A stretch of DNA of 64,000 nucleotides from Octopus sinensis (taxonomy: Eukaryota). This document shows, in pieces, positions 38,700 through 53,897 of this stretch (the stretch's first letter is position 1; every line of letters begins with the position of its first letter). The notes below the pieces were generated by a model. That model ran no database searches. It worked only from the letters and a program-made list of their open reading frames with translations, and was not told the origin of the DNA. The stretch is from assembly GCF_006345805.1 (NCBI RefSeq), contig NC_043001.1:103602001-103666000 (forward strand), given 5' to 3'. Position numbers and translations under genes: made by a program.

Positions 38700-39349
38700 T
38701 GTTACTATTTTAATATCACATTAAAAAATATAGAAATGTTTAAATATTATTGAAAAGTCTTCTTCATTCTGTGTTTCCTTCTTTCCTCTTTTACTATTTC
38801 GCGCCATTCGTTCATTCTTGCCTTGCGTTCCTCTTTCTTTCTACAACTCATTGTTCACCCGTTCACTTGCTTATGGAAATATATGCAGCTTCCATTTAAT
38901 TCCATTGAACCATGGGGTTAGTGTTACATTATAAATTAAAGGGAAACAGAAAAGATTGCTCACAGGAGAAATCATTTGAAATGACAATATTTCATAATAC
39001 AACAAATGACGATGCAAAACTATGAACAATGCGAATATCAAAACTAAAAGAATGGGGGAAAAAAAAAACCTTTATAATGGAACCGTCTTTTTTTTTTCTA
39101 GGCGTGGAGGGCGGCGGTGTTAAACGAACACGTGAAAGAATGAATAGTATTAGAATTTTGCAATGACAAATATAGAACGAGAGTGGTGTCAATTTTCAAA
39201 TATAACGATTGATATGATAATAACGGAGCAATCTGTGTGTGTGTCTGTGTGTTTGTGTGCTGCGTATATATACACACACACATATATATATATATACATA
39301 GCGAGAGAGAGAGGCTGAGAGAGTTGTGTGCTATGTATGTATGCATATA

Positions 39350-39399
<50 letters not shown>

Positions 39400-39492
39400 G
39401 AAAAAGAGAGAGAGGCTGAGAGAGAGATCGAGATTGAGTGAGAGAGAGAGAAAGAGAAAGAGAGAGAGAGAAAAGGAAAGAGAGAGAAACTG

Positions 39493-39525
<33 letters not shown>

Positions 39526-40874
39526 CTGAGAGAGAGACAGAAAGAGAAAGAGAGAGAGACTGAGATAGAGAGAGAGAGAGAGAGAGAGAGTCCATCCTCT
39601 CAGAATTGCGTTTCACTCTGTTCTTGTATTATTTTTTCGATAAAGTTTCGTGTTGCTGCTGTCTGCAACGTTTGTTATGATTTTGAAATGATTTTTTAAA
39701 AGATCTCAGTTCATCAAAAATTTCCCCAGCCCGGCCCGGGGTTTCGGTATACCCAACCCCAACCTGAAGAAAGATCTTAAACCCGTCCGCTCATGCGTGG
39801 AAGCTTGGTAAGCCAGTAGTTGAGAGGAGGGAAGCTTCAATGTAGCCGCTCGACATGCTAGAAATAAGAGCCAAATCGCTCTCAAGCCATGCACCTTTAA
39901 TATTTCTGTAGAAATAAACGCAACAAAATAACGTATCTTTAACGACTTTTAAAATTGTTTCTGAGACAAAAGACTAGAAATTCTGATGGCGGTAGTCGAT
40001 AGGATCGAGTCCAGTGCAAGGCACTCCATTATTAACCCTAGACGAATGAATAGCAAAGTCAACGTCGGTGTATTTTGAACTCGGAACTAAAGAGTCAGAC
40101 CAGACATCGTTAAGCACATTATTCGGAACACAGATGGTTCTACCTTTCACCACCTCTTAAAACATGAAAGAAAATATTGGACATTATGGACGGAAAAATA
40201 TAAAATGTATGGCTATTAGGATGATGAAGAATATACTTTTTCAAAATCACAGCTCCCACCTAGATTCCTTAACTGTATTCGGCAAAACTAAAGAGAGGAC
40301 ACCGCCATAGCTTCTTCGTTATGATGTTGGACATATTTTATAAGTTTCAAGACATCATAATCTTTTTAAACGTGGCGGGTTTTTTTATCAATCTCCACAG
40401 GTCCACCTAGGTTATTGAAATTGCTTTCCAATGAAAAACACTGCATTACCAGTCTTTAAACACTCGCTATTTGCACTCTCATCTAATTTGCCTTTCTCCC
40501 AGCATGGATGCATTCGATAAGTTGTTATGCAGTTCTCCACTCTTGCTACAATTTAGTGGTTCTCAAACTGACAAATGCATTCCCCTTTATTAAAGAAAAA
40601 TTCCGCCACGCTTTTGAAAAAGTTATGAAATAGTTCGAATAATCTTTTTTTTTTCTTTTCAGTTGGCGATTGGTCTGACCCCTTTTCAATTTTCACAACA
40701 CACCAAATAAAAACAAACCACTGCTATAACATATCTTGAATGAGAAAGGAAATATAATTGAAGACAAAGAAACTAAACCAATCGTAGGGGATATTTTGAA
40801 TTACGAAAATCAACCAATTGCATGTCTATAAAAATCGATAAAGTTGCATTTAATTATAAGAATAATGATTTATG

Positions 40875-41392
40875 CGGTAAATATGTCCACATCGCTTCGC
40901 CATCCGCCGAGCCCTTTACGACTGTTAATGCAACGGACTGTCGTACATCCAAACGTGAAACTCGCAGTAGGTTCTCAAATGTTGATACAATAAATGTATC
41001 TATTTTACAAATTCATATTAAAATTTGTTTTGGTCTGAAGGCTTAAACAATGGATTGTGTTGCTTTTTAGAGACGATTTACAATATTTAAAGCTGGTAGA
41101 ACTTCCATGGTGAAGAAACAAAAATTTTGGAGGCGAACTCCGTTTTGCGTTCACATTTACACAGAGGCTGGGGTAAAATATATCCTTAATATTTTTATGC
41201 GGGTGAAGGTGGGATAATTTGTCAGTTGGAAAGCCATGAGTAAAAGATAAAATGTACCCGATATACAATTCACTATGTTGAGTAGAGTAGATAGATACAT
41301 TTATTTGACAACCTACTGTGAATTTCGCCTTTGAATGTACGACAGTCGTAAACGGCTGGGTAGACGGCGAAGCTATGTGGACACATTTACCG
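40875..41392. mobile_element. 518-bp MITE with long imperfect TIRs (Tc1/mariner-like TA target)
   Basis: cggtaaatatgtccacatcgcttcgcc..tttacgactgt is inverted at 41341-41392; similarity continues inward about 130 bp; right flank TA, left flank TG. Confidence 0.75.
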
Positions 41393-41892
41393 TAAAATAA
41401 GCTATATTTCACCAAGTGCTACCATTCACGTTGTTTTTGTGACGATCATAGCTTGTATTAAAGTCTCATGCGTTTCAATAACAAATTGAAATATATTAAG
41501 AATAATTTGAGAGTTTGTTTCAGCATTCTCCTACGTGCCAGATTCTTTTGTTCTGATGCTTAGCAACACTACTTCACGTTTCTTTGATCGGCAATTTGTC
41601 TCTCTGGTACTCATACATATATACACACGCGCCGTTACACTTACGCACACTTCATTGAAGCTCTCCATTCATAGAGAATTATATATCCAATCTACAACAC
41701 TTCGTTTGAAATGGAGACTAAATATGCATATGGTTCTGACTAACAGCATCCAGTCTCTATCCGGCATTTCAACCACTCGATATTCTCATCACATTTAAGA
41801 GACAACTACTTCTCCATCCCTCTCTTTCTCTACCCCCCTCTCTCTCTCTTTATTTCTTTCTTTCTCGCCCGCTTTCTCTTTATATATGACTG

Positions 41893-41930
<38 letters not shown>

Positions 41931-42037
41931 CATATACATATATATATATATATATATATTTATAGAGAGATACAAAGAGATAGATATAGGTATGTACAAA
42001 TATATGTATACAGACATTTCTCTATATATGAGTACGA

Positions 42038-42105
<68 letters not shown>

Positions 42106-42654
42106 ATATATAAGCGAGGGAAAGAGAAATGCGTATTCGTTCATCGTTTGGGTAACAACAAATAGCTCATTCCACCTCTCTTGTGTTCGATAGTCGTTCA
42201 GACTTATTCACGTCACCAGATCCTCATACACGGACATGTGTTGCAAATGAATACATCGTTATATTTATGGTCTGGTGAGGTGGTGGTGGTGGTGTGTGTG
42301 TAAGTAACACTCCTCTGTCTATTATGCTCTTTGAAGCCGCCATACTTTTACCATAGACACTCTTCGTCAGCACAATTCAAACACGTTGATCCATGAGTAA
42401 GCACATGGAAAACATAAAATCTACCAATATTAATATTCGGAATCAAAGTTTGGTATTTGCGAAATATGTTCGCAGACAGACAAACACATACATGCATACA
42501 TAAACACACTCACACACACACACACTCATACCTACAAATGAATATACGCGCACATTATGCATTTCAGTTGATGTATCATATATGTAGGTGTATATATATA
42601 GGCACATACGGCTCTACATATGCGTGAAAGTGCGTAGATGAATAAAGATAGAAA

Positions 42655-43015
<361 letters not shown>

Positions 43016-44429
43016 TGATCATGCCTACACGTATGTGTTTGTCCGTGTACACATTTATGCACACACACACATTTGTCCGTACGTGTACATGTGTCTGTGA
43101 TGTCATATCATTTAGCAGAGCTTTACATCTTTCCAAATGTATTTGTTCACGTTGTTTGATGTTTGCCTGCAAGCTTATCTTTATTCTCCACCAACACCTG
43201 TTTGTCGTCTGCGGTTACGCTTAGAAAATCAAATTGTGTTTTCATTGGAAAGTTTTCAATCCCTAAAGAAGCAGTTAAAGGCTTGACACAACAATCACTT
43301 TGAACTTTGATGGAGTAGATATCACTTCCCAGTTTTACGGGTTTTCAATGCCGGGTTCTGCAAACCTGATTTCAACAGTTGCTCATAGTAATGAAATGGC
43401 GTGGCTTCAACATAGACGCAAAATTCGATTTTTATAAGCATTAACAATGTCATCAACAGAAAGTTGAATAAAGTAGGCAATGCTTTGATCTTTGCGCCGA
43501 AATAGGGCTTTGATGGTAATGCATAGTTACTAGTGTAAATTTCCCATTAAGATAACATCGAAGTCTCTTATGAAGCAATGAAGGTTGCACGATACAGACT
43601 TTCAATCGAAAGTCTTTGCGGTGTGTATCACATTAAGTTAAGCTCGATGTCTTCCAAGTAATTTCTCATTTATCCTTTTGCTTTTAAAATCGGAAATGTG
43701 GTTTGTTAGTGTTGTTGATATGCTGAGCTATGGATGCCATACAGTGAAGTAAGCGTTGACATGTTTTATGTGACAAGTGTGTAATATTCGTGGAGACGTT
43801 GACCGTATGGAAGTGAGGTAAACATTGTAGAGCAATGCTTCACTCAACCAAATTCAATGCTGATAGCTTGAAGTTTTACAAAGAAAGCTTATTTGGAAGC
43901 GGTAAGTAATATGCTTCCGAGTGTTAATTAATTAAAATGGGAAATGGATAATGAGATAATGACTTGAGAACAATTGTCTTGAATGCGAATGAACATATGT
44001 GTGCGAGCTCAGTGGATGTGCGAGTGTATGTGTACGTGTATGTATGTATGTATGTATGTATGTATGTATGTATGTATGTATGTATGTATGTATGTATGCA
44101 TGTGTGTACATATGTACGCATTTATGTATGTATGTATCTCTCTCTCTATATATATATATATAAATACATACACACACACACATATATATATACCTTCACA
44201 CACTTCAATATATGGGATGGATTAAAAACAACGAATATAAAATGGACAGCTCTAAGAAAAGCAAGTTTGTCTGGCAAACATGGTATTAGTTTACCGCTTC
44301 TTGTGCTGTTGGTATAACCTGCATAGATTACATCAATCCAGAGTCACGATGTGGTCTTAGATCAGGTTGTGGTACCACTGACACTATCCATCCATCCATC
44401 CATCCATCCATCCATCCATCCATCCATCC

Positions 44430-44461
<32 letters not shown>

Positions 44462-44689
44462 CTTTGTCTGTTTGTCTCTCCCTCTCCCAAAGTCGACAAT
44501 ATTGTTTACTGGAAAGTTCTAAACTAAATTTTACTTGATAAAAAAATAAAGTCGCCATTTCTTTTACTGCAGGAATGAATATATTCATTTTATCATACGA
44601 TCAACTCTCTGGCTCTTTTGATGTTTGCAATGGTTCGAACAGGTTTGTGTCATAACCTCAGTCCTTTTTGAACATTTCTTCTGTCACGC

Positions 44690-45130
44690 TGCGGGTGTAC
44701 AATTCCAATTCCGTGCCTGTTGTGGCAACATCGATCGGCTGCGCTTTGAAACCAAGACATTTATATGAACGGTAGCCAAAACGAGAAGCCTTGTTTGCTG
44801 CTGATGTCCTGGATGCAACATCTATCAAACAAGCATAGGATCTTGATCATCTTTTCTTTAATGTGAGTAAAGGTTTTAGTCTTACCACCAGCATTAGAAA
44901 AACCCAAGTTGTCTCCTACACAAGCCGCCGCCAAGCAAACCACAGGTATAAAGCAGCAACAACCGGTTCGTTACTTCCCTGATACTCCCATCACGATGAG
45001 AAATACAGACGAGAAATATGTAAAGACATTCAAGCATCTGGAGAGTAGAGTGAACTGAAGTGCATTCCTTGATGATGAGATAGTAAGCCATTCAATCAAA
45101 GATGCGAATACTTTCTGTAAACTTCAGTTT
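44690..45130 (+). pseudogene. RTE-clade LINE reverse transcriptase fragment
   Basis: REALFAADV..DLDHLFFNVSKGFSLTTSIRKTQVV and ..VKTFKHLESRVN*SAFLDDEIV resemble RTE RELLFADD..FGLTISxxKTQV..FxYLGS..LDxEI; stops present. Confidence 0.75.
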
Positions 45131-45594
45131 TGTCTGGGGACGGACGGAGAAATCCATTAGAAACAAAAATTTAACATCTAAGATGTAGTCCTATAAACCC
45201 ATAAAATATTATGAATTGAAAGAAAACTGAGAACAAAAAAAAGAAGTCTTGATCTAACATGCCTGACGTTTTGTAAAACAATCCGGTCTTATGTCCAATC
45301 AGGCGGGTTGACTGTAAGTCGTTGGTTGGGAAAGTGTTACATAAGAGAGGGAGGTATCAGAACTAAAAGCAACAAGAAATACAAAAAGGCTGATGTTCCA
45401 TCATACGTTGAAATCGTCGGAAGAGTCTATCATATATATATATATGTATGTATATACTGAGAGAGAGAGGGGGGGAGAGAAGCAGGCAGATAGATAGATA
45501 GATAGACAGATAGGTAGATCCTGCTTTGACAAAAGTCCAAAATATGAAACTGCTAGTAGCTCATATATTCTTATATATACATATATATATAATG

Positions 45595-45634
<40 letters not shown>

Positions 45635-45849
45635 AGATAAATGTGTTTGAAGGTTGTGGTTTCTTTGGTATAATTGTTCTCAAACAACATTTATTTCAGT
45701 GTTCTTGACACCACCGGATTGAATGGTACTGCCTAAGTGTCGAAGCCATAATGATATCAGTGGGGTAGCTGATGATGGAGGTATTTTGGATTGTTGGAAA
45801 TGGATATTTTTGTATATTATAATAACACATCCACATCCTTTTGATATAG

Positions 45850-45880
<31 letters not shown>

Positions 45881-45906
45881 TGTATGTATGTATGTATGTA
45901 TGTATG

Positions 45907-45960
<54 letters not shown>

Positions 45961-46011
45961 TATGTATATATATATATATACACACACATATGTATATATA
46001 TATATACACAC

Positions 46012-46073
<62 letters not shown>

Positions 46074-46075
<2 letters not shown>

Positions 46076-46972
46076 CTAACTGACGTATCCGGTAATTACT
46101 AGGAAAGTGGGGCTTATTCTCGGTTCCGTTCTCATAATTGTTTCGCTAATCCAATAACAACAATACAAAGTATGTAGCCCATAAAATGGTTTTTGTGCAT
46201 TTACAGAGAATACCAATCTGTCTTATACAGGATTTTGTTTTTACGAATTTCCAATAAGTTATGAATATCCAAATTGTAAAATCAGTTATGTAATAACATG
46301 AAATTAGTTACACGATAGAAAGAATTCAAATAAAGTAGCCCCGAAAAAGGCTTTAATGCGTTCCCAGAGTATATGTAACATAGGAGGAAATACAAATAAG
46401 GTATGTATACTAAAATCGTGAAGCATGTTACATAATAACAGGCTAATCAGACATGAGATATTAACAATTCAAAGTAAATTACTCTGAAAAGGGCTTTCGT
46501 GCGTTCTTAGAGAATATTACCCTCAGCGGCGCTAGTGTTGGTATATTCGTGAATAAGTTACCAATTGAAATATGTGTATCTATTGTTTAGGAAAATACTA
46601 TTTACTTGTTTAAGAGTTGTACTGGATAAATTACAAAAATAACTGTAACAGTTCAAATATTAAGAAATAAGGATACTCAATTTGATTTATACCAAATGAT
46701 TTAGGAAATGAATGGATTATTTCCTTTGGCTGTTAAACTCCGGGCGAATGGGTTATTTCTCTTGGCTGTTAAAATGAAATGTATTTGACATATATAATGA
46801 TCCCTTCCAGGGGCCCTATTATCGGTATTTTTAAACACTCTGAGTATGCCAAGAGTTTTCCAGACATGAGTTCTACTCACATGTCAAGTTTCATCGATAA
46901 AACGATGTAGGAGGAGTTAGCTAACAACTCCACAAATACATCCACAGACAGAATTCCCACATATGTAGTAGA
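46074..46972 (+). mobile_element. Possible non-autonomous Helitron/Helentron-type element
   Basis: 5' tactaactgacgtatccgg.., internal diverged subrepeats (aaagtagccccgaaaaaggcttt / aaattactctgaaaagggcttt), 3' caagtttcatcg..acagacaga..tagtaga resembling HINE/Lep1-type ends; flanked by (TA)n. Confidence 0.35.
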
Positions 46973-46987
46973 CATACACACACACGC

Positions 46988-47045
<58 letters not shown>

Positions 47046-47145
47046 ATAATTACATATATATGTATATATATATACAAATATACATATACATATATATATA
47101 TGTATATATACATATATATATATGTGTGTACATATATATATGTAT

Positions 47146-47191
<46 letters not shown>

Positions 47192-47206
47192 ACATATATA
47201 TATGTG

Positions 47207-47270
<64 letters not shown>

Positions 47271-48713
47271 TGCGTGCACAAACTACTCACAGGCTTGTGC
47301 CTACGTATATTTATTTTTGTCGCTGTGTTGGTTATGTAATGTAACAATGAAAGTGAATTGATCTCTATCGATTTCAGATCTAAATCTCTTCCAGTTGTTC
47401 GATCAGCTGGAATACTTTCCCATTGAATTAACAACATACAAGTGGTTCTGTATTCTACAAAAAACTCGTATCCTTAATGCAATTCTGCAGCGGAATCAGC
47501 GTGAGATAATACGTGACATTTCAGGTCGTTTGAAAAACAGAAACAGTTCGTGAGATGAAATCACTGGGAACAGAGACGTATCATGGAGAATACAGAACGT
47601 ATTAGAAAATCTATTTCCTTGTTTCTCGTTTTTTTTTAATTATTAGTTTATTCATTATTTTAACATCAATAACGGAACGAAGTTGAATTAAAATCATTAC
47701 CCAAAGAATTAACCTCGGAGAAACTATTAATTATTGAGTAAATAAATGGTAATCCAACGAGCAAAAAGTACTCTGAAATATTATCCTGTTCGCTTCCCTC
47801 TTATTTTAAAATTCTTTTACATCTTATACATATATGTGCGCTTTTTTTAATCTATCTCCAACATCTTCAGCAATCGAAAGTAACTCCAAACTTAACCAAG
47901 GCTTAATATATGTGCGCGTACACACACATTATATATATATATATATACTTGCACATAAGCATATTTAAATATATGTATGTTATATATATATAATGTGCTA
48001 CTATTAATTTTATAAACAAATATTGTGTTTATTAAAAACTATTTGTCTCTCACCAGACGGAGTACCTTTTTTGCTGATATATATATATATATATGCATAT
48101 ATATGTGTATAATAAAGAGATAGATAGAGATAAATAGATTGATATATAGTAGGTATATATATATATACGCATACACATATGTGTGCTGTGTGTCTATATG
48201 TGTGTGTGTGTGTTTTGTGTTAGGTATTGGGTATTTGTTTCCCCCCTATCTACTTTCACAGATTGTTTTTTATGCTAAAACATGGAGATACATAATGTGT
48301 AAACATATTACATTTGTACTACACAACATATAAACATAGCGTATGAGTATAATAGACAATGTAGAGAAAATAATGTTTATATTTGCATATGTATGTATTT
48401 ATGTTTGTATATATGTAAGTATATGAAAGATCGGAAGAGGAAATGTGGAGAGCCACGGATATTGTTAAGAGTCCCTATTAAATATGAGTTCTTCTTGCTG
48501 TAACAATAACATTCTAAGATTGCAAATATGTCCGCACATTTCAATAAAAGAGCATTGTGGTTAGCATGTTTTATAGCTTTTAATGGTTTATTTGGGAAGC
48601 ACCATTATTTCGAGTTTTAATAACCGGGCTGTTTATCTTAAACATTCTGAAGCTCATATAGTGATCGCGGAGAGCAGATGGCGTAGCAGCGTGCGTTTGT
48701 GTATGCGTGTCTG

Positions 48714-48756
<43 letters not shown>

Positions 48757-48940
48757 GTGCGTCTCTTAGTCTGTCTGCCTATCTGTCTGTCTACTTATCC
48801 GTCCATCCATCCAAAACCAATACCCACCCACTCCAACATACCTACCTACCTACCTACCTACCTACCTACCTACCTACCTACCTATCTGTCTGTTTTTCTT
48901 TCTATCTATCTAACTATCTATCTATCTATCTATCTATCTA

Positions 48941-48973
<33 letters not shown>

Positions 48974-49715
48974 ATGTCTGTCTGTCTGTCTATCTATCTT
49001 TTTATATATCTCTCTTTCTCTCCCTCTGTCTCTCTCTCTATACATATATATATCCACACACACGTATATATATTTACTCATACATGTTTTCATACATGCA
49101 TGCTTGCATGTATGTATGTATGTATTTATGCATGTATGTAAACACTCGCGCGCACATGCATGCTTTTATATGAGTGGCATGTGTGGGAAGGAAAGCATTT
49201 TATTATTTCATAATATGGGAACAATTTTCCGTCCGACCATCCATAGATGCAAGGGAATTATTACAGAATCGCCCAACAGGTAATCGCTGGGCAACAGGAA
49301 ATTTAGACAAGATGTAGGCTCGTAAATTGTATTTGTTGCTTGCATGCCTCTCTTTACCTAACATGAATATGAGTGTGTATGTTTGTGTGTGTGTGTGTAA
49401 GAGTGTAGTTATGTAAATACATGCGTAATACAGTTACATACACACAAACGCACAGATATTGTATGACAGAATAGCACGAAACATATGTTGGTATTTCATT
49501 TATTTCATATGTTACGAGTGTTTCTGCGATCGATAATCTAGATCGTCGAGGCAAACACAAATTATAAAATATAATTTATAAAACAATATTTCATCATATC
49601 AAATAACGACAGCGTCTTCAAACAGGGTCGAAATATAAATCAACTATAGCTAATACCTGAAAAATATGCGCCAAGACAAAATAGCGGGTAACTAGCTGTG
49701 TGTGTTTGCATGTGC

Positions 49716-49785
<70 letters not shown>

Positions 49786-50126
49786 TGTGTTTCTCTCTCT
49801 CCCTCTTCAATCATTTGACTGCGGCGATGTTGGGGCACCACCCTCAAGAATTTTAATGAAAGAAATCGACACTAGGACTAAATTTAAGCCTAATACTTAT
49901 TCTGTCTGTGCGTTTTGCCGAATCGCTAGGTTACGAGAACGTAAACACACCAACACTGGTTGTGAGGCAGCGCTGGGGGACAAACATAATATCATAATTC
50001 ATACAAACATAATATCTATATACTGATTTGAAATACTGAAATAAGCAGATGTGTTTTAAAAGGACACAAGCTGGGTTTTAACCTATATACTATATACATA
50101 CATACATACATACATACATACATACA

Positions 50127-50162
<36 letters not shown>

Positions 50163-51165
50163 TATATAGTGTAATTGTTCAAATTTTTTATTGTTGTCTA
50201 TTGTTATGCAGAACACAGAGGATGCATAGAAGATAAGAGCGGTGATATGTTCATACGTGTTATTCATTATATCATTGCACGTGTTTCATTGATTCGATCA
50301 CATAGCAAAGATAAACTTTTCAATCTAAGAATATTATCTAAGCTTCAGAGCTTGTATAATAAACGAAATGTCATCCTTCAAATATTACATAACAATCCGA
50401 CAGATATGTTATATCCGCCGAATCGAAATTCTTTCGCAATTAACAGCAGAAAGTATATTTAAATAGGCAAGCAGTTTAGTAGGAACAACTTAACTTATCA
50501 TTAGTGTGTGGATAGAAAATCGGTTAATGGTAAACTGCAGAGTGACAGACAATCGCTAGACAGATTTTTGATATCAAGTATCAAGGTTAGTGAGAAGGAG
50601 CGATATAGAGTTCCGGCACACGGCCTTCTTTTACGGTGGTCAGGTTCATAAACAAACAAATGCGTGTATGTATGCAATAATTTTATAAAGCTAAAAGAAT
50701 CCAAGTTATAAGAAAATTAATAATACAGGTCGATGGTTAGTAGAGCTGCTTGATATTTTAAAATTTGAAAGTTAGAACACCTTGAGGAAATTTACAGAGC
50801 TAACGTGTTGATAGTTCACAGAATGAAGACGTGACCTATCAATAGCTTTCTCCATAAATCTCCGGAAGATGTCATAACCTTCAAATGCTGGAATTCCTGA
50901 CGATTGTACTCACCATCGACCTGTGAGATTAACTTCTTTTACAACTTGTATTGTTTCGGTTTTATAGAAATTTAAAGCATTTATATATATATCAGACAAT
51001 GCTTCACGAAAACTATTGTATGTCTGTGTATGAGTATATATGTGTACATATAAGAGAGATTTGAGGAGTAGTTCATCGAAATATTTAAGCCTCCATTATT
51101 CTAAGTGAATTCCTGAGAATTATTTACATTTGTAAAATCATTTGTCCTACAATTTGTATGTGCGT

Positions 51166-51217
<52 letters not shown>

Positions 51218-51239
51218 TAATATACCTGTTAATTCAACA

Positions 51240-51830
51240 ATGTACACCTTTGTTAAGCCTAATTGACGATATTACAAAACGGCTCGAAAAAAATTTACAA
51301 ATAATAAAACATTTGGGGATTTCACAAACCGCTGTTGTCATTGAACCCACCCCAGAAGAATTAATTAAACAATATTAATTAAAATGTTCCTGTAGTGCCT
51401 GACAGATTTCGAAATCTCTCTGACGACAATATTCTTGCTTTGATGCGAATCCATCTCATCTTCTTGGCGAAATAGAGAAATTTCCATTATGGCTTATGAA
51501 TTTGGTATTCATCACATATGACCACACGCGAAAGAGGCCGAAATTGAAGAAGAAACAGAAACGAGTGATTTTATATTAAACGAGCTCGGACAAACATTAT
51601 TGATATATCCTGAATATCATCAGAAAGCGCTGACCACCGTAATAAACGCTTATATGCTACATCTATGCTGATGCTGCATACAAAAGCTCACAGCGTATAT
51701 CGTAGCTCGTCATAATCGAAGTGTAACCAACAAAAGAGTTTAATGAATGTTTACACATCAACATAAATTGCTCTGGACTGCGACAAAATTCTGTAATGAA
51801 GGAAGCTGTGAAACGAAATTTTAACGACCA
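51240..51830 (+). mobile_element. Possible decayed hAT transposase C-terminal region
   Basis: LIDDITKRLEK.. and ..ECLHINI..EAVK weakly resemble the hAT dimerisation domain; many stops. Confidence 0.25.
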
Positions 51831-52248
51831 TATTGAATAAAATACGACCAGGTTGTTTTTAGAGCATAGCAAATTCTTTATAATTTTTTATACGAGTGTT
51901 TAAACAAACAATAGAAAGGAGCATTCAACACACTTACTTGGGGCTTTAAATATTTAAAGGCTGACTCAGAACGTATTACTTTGTTATGTGAGCAGAATAA
52001 AAGCTCACAATCTATAATCGAGAATTTTAAATGAATGTAAAAATGGCTTCCCGAATCCAGTTTGGCTTATGGTGGTATTTCCGGGTTATCAAAAGGTAAA
52101 GTTTTTAAGTGCATTAATTCAGCGTAGGATAGATGCATTACAGGGTTTCCTATTGACGGATAATGCAGGCTGCTTGTTTATGGGCATTTTATTACAGAGG
52201 CAGAAATGAGAATTGTTGTTGCGTGCTAACTGAAGCACTCACGTGATC

Positions 52249-52281
52249 TGAACAACTAGTTTCTGGTCTCATCAGTAAACG
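52249..52281 (-). ncRNA. Decayed hammerhead (stem II collapsed)
   Basis: CUGAUGA-GACCA-GAAA-CUAG-UU: same core and ACUAGU stem III as the 592-653 ribozyme but no stem II or stem I pairing. Confidence 0.3.
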
Positions 52282-53029
52282 AAAGCTTTGTTGTTCTCAC
52301 CAATTTAATAAAACTTTCTACAAAATTCCATTTAGCTTCTTATAAAATATATACTAACATCTGCGTTTCAATTCTCTATGTTGCTTCACAAACTATTCTC
52401 CATACTTAACGTGTTGCATAACAGCTTCTGAATTCCTATGGTATTAATTATTTTCTATAGAACTAACCATTTGATTTTTATTTAATTTTGCTTCTAATTG
52501 CTTTAATGATACACACTTTCCCTGGGGAGAATAAATTTATTCATTTTCGCAAATCACTGGTAAGTCTTATGTTATTCTTTAATCCAATACACGATCCCAA
52601 TATCTGACATGGTTTCTTACATCAAACATAGTTTCGTTAATTCTATGTTCTTATTCCTATATTTCAAAGTCATTTTTTCCACTTTTTTTCTATTGATTGT
52701 CCTTCTGACGTTTTTTTTTTAAGTTTATTTCTTCCACAACTTAACGGATTTCTTGAGAATACGCAAAAAAATTTCTAATGCTGTAATCCGAATCTTTATC
52801 TCCCTTCTCATATGTATACACTTGCAATTTTTCTATGTCACATACCTGCCAGCACTAGTGACCCAAATGTTACAATAGATCATATCTTGGAACTTAAAGG
52901 GAGATTTTGTCTCCATAATTCATCTGTTTGTGTTTCTCTGGCCGTTTGTCAACTGAATGACTTTACTGATATGGCTTTCTAATACATTCCCATTTATAAG
53001 AACCTATCAGCCTCTCTACACCAAATTCT

Positions 53030-53228
53030 TTCCTACTCTAGGCACAAGGACCGAAATTTTGGGGGAGGGAGCCAGTCTATAAGGTCGACCCTAGTACGCA
53101 ACTGGTACTTAATTTATCAACCACGAAAGTATGAAATGCAAAGTGGACCTCGGCGGAATTTGAACACAGAACGTAAAGACAAACGAAATAACTATTTCTT
53201 TATTACCCACAAGGGTAATAAAGAAATA
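53030..53228 (-). mobile_element. 5'-truncated family A SINE ending in a 16-bp fold-back
   Basis: SINE body 53030-53208; 53193-53208 is the exact reverse complement of 53213-53228. Confidence 0.85.
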
Positions 53229-53244
53229 TGTGTGTGTATGAGTA

Positions 53245-53318
<74 letters not shown>

Positions 53319-53678
53319 AACACGCCTGCTAGATAAGTTATATTTGTCTCAATTTGTCTAAAGTCGTAAGACACCTGCTGTTATCCTGTTATTAACCATT
53401 CTTGTTATTTTTATTTTTGTTTTCGTTTTTTGTATTTATATTCGTCCCTGTTGCGTTTACATTCGTTCCTTTTTCCAAGAAATCTAATGCTCACAGCTTA
53501 GTTTTTCCTTGGGGCTGGCCGCGTTGGAGCAAATATCAGAATTAATAAGCCGAAATTTGCTATGATGATCCGGTTTCTGATTGAAGATTAAAGGCTTCGA
53601 ATGACCCGTCTGTTTTTTGTGTTCGTCCCTTTGTGTATTTCACGTTCTTGTTTCTTTATATATAATTTTTATTCGTAT

Positions 53679-53737
<59 letters not shown>

Positions 53738-53743
<6 letters not shown>

Positions 53744-53897
53744 ACACAGGACGTCACCAACTGTAAACAACATGAAGTCTGAAAACAAACGAGCCAAATA
53801 CGGAAACAACGAGAGAAAAAATGGAAAACAGGACAAGTAACACAAAGAACGACCCTTCATCAGTTGTTGTCAGTCTATCTACTCCTCATTTCGAGCT
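53738..53897 (-). mobile_element. Dispersed repeat abutting (TA)n (probable PLE end)
   Basis: Homologous to 56505-56670 and partly to 7395-7440; ..cttcatcag..tttcgagc footprint typical of PLE pLTRs. Confidence 0.6.

Noticed and set aside
45765-45810. Plus-strand CTGATGA..GAAATGGATA
   Set aside because: Stems I and II do not pair credibly.
53850-53897. Permuted GAAA..CTGATGA arrangement (also 56615-56662) suggesting a type II hammerhead
   Set aside because: Stem II could pair but the intervening sequence forms neither stem I nor a proper stem III.
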